Of a stretch of 64,000 bases of DNA, positions 56,850 to 64,000 are shown one piece after another. Source of the DNA: Fibrobacteria bacterium (GTDB lineage: Bacteria; Fibrobacterota; Fibrobacteria; UBA11236; JADFYW01); the NCBI GenBank assembly GCA_015232855.1, contig JADFYW010000004.1:21488-85487 (forward strand). The letters run 5' to 3'. A program made the translations under genes and the position numbers. Under the pieces are notes generated by a model that worked only from the letters and a program-made list of their open reading frames with translations, made no database searches and was not told the DNA's origin. Every line of letters starts with the position of its first letter. Within the stretch, counting starts at the first letter, position 1.

Positions 56850-57082
56850 TTTTCACCGCAAAGGCGCAAAGGACGCAGAGGACTCGCAAAGATTTTAAAA
56901 AAAGTTTGCTTTCTCAACAAAATCTGTGGGTAATGTTGGAGTTATGGAGCCTGTCTTTGATATCCTCAATAATTCCAATATACCAAACTAAGACAAACCA
57001 CCGCAGTTGAGGTTACCTACATAACAGTGTTTATTATTACCCTTTGCGTAACCTATGCGTCCTTTGCGCCTTTGCGGTTAAT
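56850..57082. repeat. MITE-like element, CGCAAAG-arm family, copy 2
   Basis: Left arm TCACCGCAAAGGCGCAAAGGACGCAGAGGACTCGCAAAG, inverted right arm CCTTTGCGTAACCTATGCGTCCTTTGCGCCTTTGCGGTTA, AT-rich core. Confidence 0.75.
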
Positions 57083-57093
57083 TTTTTTTCTTA

Positions 57094-57528
57094 TTAATTA
57101 AAAATATTTATTAAGCGGACATCAATAATCAGGGTGGCAAAAGGACCTATTTTCGAACCTGCTCCCCGAGCGCCCCAGGCGAGGTCCGGCGGGATAAATA
57201 ATTTGTATCGGCTGCCCTTTCCCATCATCTTCAGGCCTTCCCGGTAACCGGTAATCGCCTCTGTTAAACTAAAAGAAACGGTGTCTGGCCGTTTGTAACT
57301 GTCATCGATAATCGTACCATCAATGAGGGAAATGCGTTGTTCAACTTCTACAGAATCATCAGGTGCGGGAGAGGTTCCTTTTATATCGTCGATGATTTCA
57401 TATTGCAGACCGGATTTGGTTTCGCAGACACCTGTTTTTTTCTTGTTTTTTTGTAGAAAATCGTCAGTGTTTTTTTTGTTGAAGCCTTTTGATCCCTTTC
57501 CTTTTTTTGATGTACTTTTTCGTCCCAT
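57094..57528 (-). CDS. FKBP-type peptidyl-prolyl cis-trans isomerase with Lys-rich N-terminal tail
   Basis: C-terminal FKBP core (YKLFIPPDLAWGARGAGSKIGPFATLIIDVRLINI); basic N-terminus KKGKGSKGFNKKN. Confidence 0.75.
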   Translation of the reverse strand: MGRKSTSKKGKGSKGFNKKNTDDFLQKNKKKTGVCETKSGLQYEIIDDIKGTSPAPDDSVEVEQRISLIDGTIIDDSYKRPDTVSFSLTEAITGYREGLKMMGKGSRYKLFIPPDLAWGARGAGSKIGPFATLIIDVRLINIFN

Positions 57529-57929
57529 TAATCCGGCCTTGTTATGGTGAAGGTTTTATCTGCGATGATAGTGTTATCAATGTATGATGTTAAACGCCAT
57601 TCACCAATTTTATCTTCAATGGGTTCCCATACATAATCACCAAGAAAAAAGTCCCAGTCGTTTGTTTTAACAAACACCTCCCCGGTGAACGGGGGACGTA
57701 TGTTCCCTTTATCGTCTTTAAAGGGTGGGTGATCAATTTTGAATGTTAATCGTCTCCCTTTAGCTTTGGTGATGTTAAGTATATATCCAAATTCTATGCC
57801 AGTCTGTGCCGGAACTGTAAGGAAAAAATTTTTAATGGACGGAAGTTCTTTTTTGGCATGGTCCCATGGGGAATAAATACCATAGCTGGTCATTATAATG
57901 TTGAACTTCTTTTTTCCTCGGCTTTTCAT
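57528..57929 (-). CDS. Hypothetical conserved small protein
   Basis: 133 aa, no signal peptide; co-oriented and abutting the FKBP gene. Confidence 0.3.
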   Translation of the reverse strand: MKSRGKKKFNIIMTSYGIYSPWDHAKKELPSIKNFFLTVPAQTGIEFGYILNITKAKGRRLTFKIDHPPFKDDKGNIRPPFTGEVFVKTNDWDFFLGDYVWEPIEDKIGEWRLTSYIDNTIIADKTFTITRPD

Positions 57930-58080
57930 AATGTCTTATACATAAAATATATAAAAGCGGATACCTTGTGGGAATCTCTAATAATTTAAAGAATTAAAAA
58001 GGTCCTTGAATTCTCTAATTTTTGGTGGTATAATAAAATGAGAACCGGGCAATCGCGCTCTTTGGTATACAGGGGGTATT

Positions 58081-58494
58081 ATGGCGGATTCAGAAAACCT
58101 GAATGTTCTTCTTGTTGAAGATAATTTTGGGGATGTTCTTTATATACATAAATTACTGGAGTATTCTTCAGCAAAAATCGAACATAACTTCGAAATCAAA
58201 ACCTGTGTTTGTCTGGAAGAGGCTTTAGAAGTAATATCTCTGGAAGATATCCGTATTGTGTTATTGGATTTGAATCTTCCAGATAGCAAAGGGCTTGAAA
58301 CCTTCAAGCGGCTCCATAGGGTTTACCCTCATCTTCCGGTGATTATTCTCACCGGGATTAATGATGAACATCTCTCATTTGAAGCGGTTAATGAGGGGGC
58401 TTCTGATTATCTGGTAAAAGGCGAAATTGATGACGAATTCTTAATGGTTAGCCTGGTTGAAGCCCTGCAAACCAATACTATCGGATACGATTAG
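58081..58494 (+). CDS. Orphan single-domain response regulator
   Basis: VLLVEDNFGD...IVLLDLNLPDSKG...LTGIND...K receiver motifs. Confidence 0.8.
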   Translation: MADSENLNVLLVEDNFGDVLYIHKLLEYSSAKIEHNFEIKTCVCLEEALEVISLEDIRIVLLDLNLPDSKGLETFKRLHRVYPHLPVIILTGINDEHLSFEAVNEGASDYLVKGEIDDEFLMVSLVEALQTNTIGYD

Positions 58495-58544
58495 CTGGCT
58501 GGTTGGGCTGAGACGTCTAGCTAGTTACTGTTTAAAACTACTCC

Positions 58545-58697
58545 TTTTTCACCGCAGAGACGCAAAGAACGCAAAGTTTACGCAAAGAAGAAGGGTAATC
58601 CTTTTTTTTAATCACATACATATCAATATGTTACATTAAAATTTATTTTTAATATCCTTTGCGAAACCTCTGCGTTCTTTGCGCCTTTGCGGTGAAT
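58545..58697. repeat. MITE-like element, CGCAAAG-arm family, copy 3
   Basis: TCACCGCAGAGACGCAAAGAACGCAAAGTTTACGCAAAG ... CCTTTGCGAAACCTCTGCGTTCTTTGCGCCTTTGCGGTGA. Confidence 0.75.
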
Positions 58698-58807
58698 TTT
58701 GAACCGATACGAATTAGTTTTATAAACTCAATATTCAAGTATGAGTATGAGCATAAAAAAAACGGCGGAAAGAATCCGCCGTTTTAAATTACCGTTTTTG
58801 GCGGAAA

Positions 58808-60415
58808 CTATTCATCCCATTTGATAAAGGGTTCTTTAATATCAACCATGGCATTAACGATAAGTTCTACCAGGCCGCCATAAATAAGATTCGACTTTTC
58901 TTTTGCATCGTAATACTCAAGAATGTCGCGAATCTGTCCCTTACAGTTTGAGCAGGGGGCGCAAACATATTTTTTTGTTTCCGGGCCTGGTTTGTCTTGA
59001 AATGCATTTATAATCTGGCGGAATTTTTTCCGGCCGGAAAGAGAAATACGCCAGTCAGCAAAATTATTACCAGACATAATTGCAAAACCACTTCCTCCAC
59101 CACAACAATAATTCTCCACGCCATGGGGAGTCATTTCGCGGAACTGCGGGCAGATATGCCTGAGAATGCGGCGTTGTGGTTCAATGATTCCCAGGTTTCT
59201 GGTGATATTACAGGGGTCATGCAAGGTGACGGGAAAATCGTTTTTAGACGGGTCGAGTTTAATTTTGCCACTAAAGACTATTTCTTCTAAGAATGGTATG
59301 CAGCTTTCTTTGCGAACATTCATATCACCAATCAGGATACGATCAGAGATAGTCATCATCGCTTTGTGCTGATGACCACATTCACCCATGAGTACTTTCT
59401 TTACTTTTAATTTTTTGGCGGTTGCCGCATGTTTAAGAGCAATACGGGCCAACTGAAAATCATCATAAAAAAGGCCGTAATTAACTCCGTCGTAACCGGG
59501 GGACTCAGATGACAGGGTCCAATTAACACCCGCAGCATTCATAATGATAGCAAAGGCAGCAGGGTTTTCTGGCCAGGCCATAATTTCACCTGCGTTATGA
59601 AGCATAAGTACGTCAGCACCTTCCACATCCCATTTTGAATTCGCATCTAATCCACTGAGTTCTGAAAAATCTTCATCAACGAATTCCATGTTATCTTTTA
59701 CAACAAGAGGGCTCATACCGGTAGAAGAGCCTACTTTGAGCTGCTGCACAGTTCCTTTTTCATGTAACTCAGAAGGGGCCCAACCGAGTTCCTGGCTGAA
59801 CATTTTACGGAGTTCATGAGTGACCAGAGCATTATCTACTCCCATTGGGCAGGCCTGAGCACAGCGACGACACATGGTACAGCGGTAAGCAAGCTCATAC
59901 AGACGGGAAATGGTGGTCCAGTTAAGGTCAATATCACCATGTTTGAATTTGGTCATGAGTGGATGACTCTTTTTGGCGTATTTATACACAAGACGACGCC
60001 ATATTTCAGCCCGATAGGTAGGACGGTAAACGTCATTTTTTCCACTTTCAGTATATACCGGACAGGAATCGTTACAGGTCTGGCATTTGGCACAGTATTC
60101 TAGTGTAAGGCTAAGGGGTTGTAAAAAGCCCCAGTTATTTTCTTTGGTCAGGAGTTTTTGTAGCCCTGAAACAAATTTATCAACCAGTTCTTTTTCTTCT
60201 TCCGCTGAAGCCGGTTTTGGCAGGCTGAGACCTACAAAGCCATCGAGATTACAGGCCATGTCTTTTTTCTTTTCTTCCGGGATTTCTTTCCAGGTGGGTT
60301 GTTCCTCCAGTTTATCGTAAGGAGGAGGAAGTGGTGGAAGGTCTTCAAGTTTTACCTCTGTGAGTGGCTGCTCAGGGTTTTTGCCAAAATCTTCTATTTT
60401 TTGTGATTTTTTCAT
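58808..60415 (-). CDS. HdrD/DsrK-like Fe-S oxidoreductase with N-terminal extension (paralog of 25655-27007)
   Basis: CAKCQTCNDSCPVY, CTMCRRCAQACPMG, CCG cysteines (HDPCNIT, CCGGGSG, CSNC). Confidence 0.8.
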   Translation of the reverse strand: MKKSQKIEDFGKNPEQPLTEVKLEDLPPLPPPYDKLEEQPTWKEIPEEKKKDMACNLDGFVGLSLPKPASAEEEKELVDKFVSGLQKLLTKENNWGFLQPLSLTLEYCAKCQTCNDSCPVYTESGKNDVYRPTYRAEIWRRLVYKYAKKSHPLMTKFKHGDIDLNWTTISRLYELAYRCTMCRRCAQACPMGVDNALVTHELRKMFSQELGWAPSELHEKGTVQQLKVGSSTGMSPLVVKDNMEFVDEDFSELSGLDANSKWDVEGADVLMLHNAGEIMAWPENPAAFAIIMNAAGVNWTLSSESPGYDGVNYGLFYDDFQLARIALKHAATAKKLKVKKVLMGECGHQHKAMMTISDRILIGDMNVRKESCIPFLEEIVFSGKIKLDPSKNDFPVTLHDPCNITRNLGIIEPQRRILRHICPQFREMTPHGVENYCCGGGSGFAIMSGNNFADWRISLSGRKKFRQIINAFQDKPGPETKKYVCAPCSNCKGQIRDILEYYDAKEKSNLIYGGLVELIVNAMVDIKEPFIKWDE

Positions 60416-61317
60416 TTGTCCATCTCCTCGGTTGCGATGTCAACCCATGTTTTTTTGCCGTCTGCCTTAAGATGTGGAGCAGACCAGGTTGGCGATTGGC
60501 TTAGTAATTCACCAACCTCTTTTTCCATTTTATCGTTCCCTGGCATGGGAGTATCATTCCATCTGATTTCGTGATAAGTAAAGTATTTTGCAACAAAGTG
60601 CATCATATATGTGAAAGGCAGGTATATGAGAAATGCAGAAGCAAGTATAACATGCAGACCCATGATTCCAGGAAGGGCGGGTGGGCTAAAAGTAACCATG
60701 CCCTGGATAAAACCGGTCATTTGAGCTGCATAATTTGAGATGCTAAAAATTGCTGCAAGACCAGATACGTATATGCTCCCAAGAAATACAAGATTGATAA
60801 TATGGGAAGGGGTTGTAAAAGGTTTTAAAACAGGGTCGGTGAGACGCTGAATGCATAATCCAATCACACCAAATGCTCCCAGACCGTAAGCTATTACACT
60901 TACTCCAATCGCCAATGATGCAATCGCGCTGGTATTTGTACCCGTAAAGCCAATAAAGGCGCTGAGTTTAAAAAGGGCAACCGCTACAACAACCAGATAG
61001 AGTCCACCAAAATGAAAGGGAAAAGAAAAATACCACATACGGCGGTTATTTTCCCAGACACCCTTTAGGAAGATTATTTCAAGGAACATATACCAAAATT
61101 CATTCAATAAGGACTTTTCTCTGGGTTTGGTCCACCATTCAAATTCTTCGAGGTAAGAACCACCATAAGAAGCCTTGCCCTTTTCGTGGGGCACCGGGGA
61201 CAATTCCCAACGTAAGTGTATTGGTAACTTTGCGATTTTAAGCCCTCGTTTAATAAGACCAACCACAAATACTGCTACCGCTAGATAGAGTATTATCATG
61301 AGTAAAGAACCTGGCAT
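60412..61317 (-). CDS. NarI/DsrM-like membrane cytochrome b subunit
   Basis: About 6 TM helices with conserved His; 4-bp overlap with the downstream HdrD-like gene. Confidence 0.65.
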   Translation of the reverse strand: MPGSLLMIILYLAVAVFVVGLIKRGLKIAKLPIHLRWELSPVPHEKGKASYGGSYLEEFEWWTKPREKSLLNEFWYMFLEIIFLKGVWENNRRMWYFSFPFHFGGLYLVVVAVALFKLSAFIGFTGTNTSAIASLAIGVSVIAYGLGAFGVIGLCIQRLTDPVLKPFTTPSHIINLVFLGSIYVSGLAAIFSISNYAAQMTGFIQGMVTFSPPALPGIMGLHVILASAFLIYLPFTYMMHFVAKYFTYHEIRWNDTPMPGNDKMEKEVGELLSQSPTWSAPHLKADGKKTWVDIATEEMDK

Positions 61318-61327
61318 AATTTCCTCC

Positions 61328-61846
61328 TTATTGTTCTTGTGTCCAATTGTTTGTCATTTCTTCAAGTTTATTTCGAAGCTCTTCTTTGCTGGTGCCATGT
61401 ACAAGCTGTTTTACATCTTCTGTACATTGTGAACCAAATCGGTAAACGATGCAGGTACGGCAGTTTTTTGCATTATTGCCATCGCCTTCCTTATTTTTAA
61501 TCATCCAACAGGGTTTGGTGGTTTCTTTAAAAGCCGGGCAAGTCCGCGTTGTATTTTTTTGAGGACAAGAAATAATATCCCAACAAGGTAAAAAGGATTG
61601 CAACCGGCGTATTCCTTCCACATTGAGTCCTACGACCTGAATCATATGCTGGATTATCCGAAGTCGCTCTATATCTTCAAGTGAAAATAATCTATGGCCG
61701 GATTCAGCTCTAAAAGGGATAATAAGGCCATCAGCTTCATATTTCCGTATAGTAGAAACCGAAACCTTAAGTCTTTCTGCTACGGTACCAATTGAAATTA
61801 CCGGATCAGTTATGATATGTTTGGGATGAGCCATAACTTTTGTCAA
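61328..61846 (-). CDS. MerR-family transcriptional regulator with Cys-rich C-terminal sensor domain
   Basis: N-terminal MerR HTH (ISIGTVAERLKVSVSTIRKYEADGLI); C-terminal CWDIISCP...CPAFK...CWMIK...CRTC. Confidence 0.65.
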   Translation of the reverse strand: MTKVMAHPKHIITDPVISIGTVAERLKVSVSTIRKYEADGLIIPFRAESGHRLFSLEDIERLRIIQHMIQVVGLNVEGIRRLQSFLPCWDIISCPQKNTTRTCPAFKETTKPCWMIKNKEGDGNNAKNCRTCIVYRFGSQCTEDVKQLVHGTSKEELRNKLEEMTNNWTQEQ

Positions 61847-61946
61847 ATTATAGGATATCTATATTTTAAAATCAAGGTATTCTCTTTGGCATATTTGGCA
61901 AAAAACTCAATTTGACTTTCAATATTTTAGTAATTACACTTAACTT

Positions 61947-62360
61947 ATGATTAAATTTTCAACAAAAGGCCGATATGCTTTACGTGCACTGGTTGATTTA
62001 GCTGAGTGCTCCGAAAGCCAGGGAAATGTAAAAAAGAACGTAACCATTAAAGAAATTGCCGAACGCCAGGATATTTCTATAAAATATCTGGAAGCACTCT
62101 TTCACACCTTGAAATCTGCTGGCATTATCAAAAGCCGGAGAGGGGCTCAAGGGGGTTATATTCTCGCCAGACCACCCGCAAAGATTTCTGCATTTGAGGT
62201 GGAAAAAGCAATCGAAGGTCCAATTTCGGTTGTGGAGTGTTGCACGAGTAAAAATTTTTGTGGAAGGTCAAAAAAATGCAAGACAAAAAATCTATGGAAT
62301 GAAATTAATGAAAGTATTATTTCTATCCTAAAAAAAACAACCGTTGCAGATTTACTGTAA
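61947..62360 (+). CDS. Rrf2-family (IscR-like) transcriptional regulator with Cys ligands
   Basis: KGRYALRALVDLA N-terminus, winged-helix region, CC-x6-C-x6-C cluster (VECCTSKNFCGRSKKC). Confidence 0.75.
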   Translation: MIKFSTKGRYALRALVDLAECSESQGNVKKNVTIKEIAERQDISIKYLEALFHTLKSAGIIKSRRGAQGGYILARPPAKISAFEVEKAIEGPISVVECCTSKNFCGRSKKCKTKNLWNEINESIISILKKTTVADLL

Positions 62361-62384
62361 TTGTTTTTTTTGAGTGTCGGATCG

Positions 62385-63701
62385 CTAAAATATTTTATCC
62401 GCGTTTGTCTTTTTTATATCCTTAAAAACATCTTTTACATTAAAAAAAGAGTCTACCAATTCAGGTGCGAATTGTCTCTTGCTTGCTTCGATAATTGTGG
62501 TGGCTTTATCATGGCTCATCTTTGGCCGGTAGGGCCTGTCTGATGTTAATGCGTCATAGGTGTCGCATAATCTGATGGCACGGGCTGAGAAGGGGATTTC
62601 CTTACCTTTACGCCGTTGTATGTAACCCTGACCGTCCCATTGCTCATGATGAAATCTGGCGCCTTGCTCGGCAAGATCAAAAATGGATCGGGTACCGGGG
62701 TAAATGGCAGACCATTTTTCTTTTAAGGTAGATAAGAGATCTGCACCAATAATTACATGCTGTTTAATGGCGTTCATATCGTCTCCACTCAACCGTGCTT
62801 TTTTATTTAACAAATTTGCGTCAAGGCCCATATTGCCGATGTCATGCAGCATACTAGCGAGTTTGATGTCTCTGATATAATCAGCAGAGAAATAATTTTC
62901 ACATTGCGGATCTTTGCTTTTAAGGTTTTGGCAAAGTTCTTCAACATAGAGCGGCATACGATGGAGGTGGTTGGTAAGATATTTGGTATTAAAAAGAAAT
63001 ATATCTGCCCAATTAAGTATGGTCTGATAAAACAAGTGGTAAAAAGCTGTATTTTTTTTTGAAAGATCGTTGTCTTTCGTCTTGGAAAATTCAACACAGC
63101 TTCCGCCTAAACTATGTTTAATATAATCCATGTGTTTTTTTGTGTAAGCAATACCACCACTCGATTTCTTTGATAAAACATCAAAACCCATACCTTCATC
63201 CTGAATTTTGATTTTAATACTTTCATAATTAATAAAGCAAGTAGTGGTGATTTTCTTGTTATCACTGTTTTTATTCCCGTGTTCCAGGGCATTTTTGTAC
63301 AACCTTGAAAAGCAGTCAAGAATGAGTTTGATGTCATCATGGTTAAATCGATATTGTTGACAAACATTTTCAATATTTGAATTTATCCAGATAGCATCGT
63401 CAATATCAGAAGATTTATAGGTTTGATGAAAAACTTCAACATTTGAATAAATATGATCAATGATATTGGAAATATTAGGTAATTCTATTTCTCTGAAAAG
63501 GTCTACTATTTTTATGTTTAGAGTGTTTGCAATGCGGACAATAATATCTAAAGTGGGATTGTTGCTTTTTGCCCCGGATTCAATAGCGGCGTAATAACCA
63601 GAAGAAATACCGGCTTTTTGAGAAAAATCCAGCTGAGAATAACCGGCAGCCTTACGCAACTTTTTAATTTGTTGCCGGAACTCTTCATTGATGTTTAACA
63701 T
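62385..63701 (-). CDS. XRE-HTH / HD-GYP domain protein (putative c-di-GMP phosphodiesterase or regulator)
   Basis: N-terminal HTH_XRE (QLDFSQKAGISSGYYAAIESG); HD motif MLHDIGN and HHEQWDGQGY (HD-GYP signature). Confidence 0.7.
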   Translation of the reverse strand: MLNINEEFRQQIKKLRKAAGYSQLDFSQKAGISSGYYAAIESGAKSNNPTLDIIVRIANTLNIKIVDLFREIELPNISNIIDHIYSNVEVFHQTYKSSDIDDAIWINSNIENVCQQYRFNHDDIKLILDCFSRLYKNALEHGNKNSDNKKITTTCFINYESIKIKIQDEGMGFDVLSKKSSGGIAYTKKHMDYIKHSLGGSCVEFSKTKDNDLSKKNTAFYHLFYQTILNWADIFLFNTKYLTNHLHRMPLYVEELCQNLKSKDPQCENYFSADYIRDIKLASMLHDIGNMGLDANLLNKKARLSGDDMNAIKQHVIIGADLLSTLKEKWSAIYPGTRSIFDLAEQGARFHHEQWDGQGYIQRRKGKEIPFSARAIRLCDTYDALTSDRPYRPKMSHDKATTIIEASKRQFAPELVDSFFNVKDVFKDIKKTNADKIF

Positions 63702-64000
63702 GGCGACCCAAAACTCCTTCTGGTGTGCTTACCGGCGTTATTGCAGTATTGCTTTTGTGATTATCTAATCTTGGTGCTAATTTTTACTTTATAACAGGTT
63801 CGTATTGATAACACCACATAAAAACTAATATTTACGGATAGTCATGTAAAGAATAATTGAAAATTAGGTTTCTTGTTTTCTATACATCTGTTGAATATGT
63901 ATTTGTTGCTTTTATTGAGTGAAAGATGAAATTACTCAATAACTCCTGGTTAAAGACGGAAGGCTGTTCTGTGTGGTTAAATTAATTGTGTGTATGTATA

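Overview
Low-GC (about 40%) chromosomal window from an anaerobic, sigma-54-rich bacterium with a redox/energy metabolism gene set. I read about 56 protein genes, no rRNA/tRNA and no CRISPR. All family and motif matches below are from reading the six-frame translations by eye; nothing was searched against a database. Main blocks: (i) a multi-REC/Hpt/GGDEF regulator and a bufferin-like MNIO RiPP module (DUF692 + DUF2063 + DUF2282-type Cys-rich precursor) at 0.8-6.6 kb. (ii) Three consecutive secreted enzymes with T9SS-like C-terminal tails (9-13.7 kb). (iii) A 1357-aa single-polypeptide ferredoxin/GltD-like/formate dehydrogenase fusion (16.9-20.9 kb). (iv) Three paralogous PAS-sigma54 activators, each carrying GAFTDA instead of GAFTGA, two of them followed by NifX-like genes with sigma-54 promoters. 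(v) A DsrK/DsrM/DsrO/NrfD-multiheme-cytochrome membrane redox complex (25.6-30.4 kb) and a second DsrMK-like pair with MerR and Rrf2 regulators (58.8-62.4 kb). (vi) A seven-gene minus-strand operon (41.0-46.0 kb) that looks like a partial magnetosome-type module: two CDF transporters (the first with a MamB-like N-terminal CxxC), a TM-PDZ protein, a protein with two perfect magnetochrome motifs and three 84-bp Cys-rich tandem repeats, a NapH-like polyferredoxin, a Cys-rich small membrane protein, and a membrane NifX-like/zinc-ribbon protein. (vii) A VapBC-type toxin-antitoxin pair, a TonB-dependent receptor, cmoAB, an FKBP, and an HD-GYP protein. The intergenic space is full of repeats: a palindromic REP family (including a 45-bp x6 tandem array), a CGCAAAG-type MITE in three copies, and a heptanucleotide (CAGTNNT)n family whose longest array sits just upstream of a histidine kinase gene. 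A Cys-triad PAS-like sensor motif recurs in six signalling proteins.
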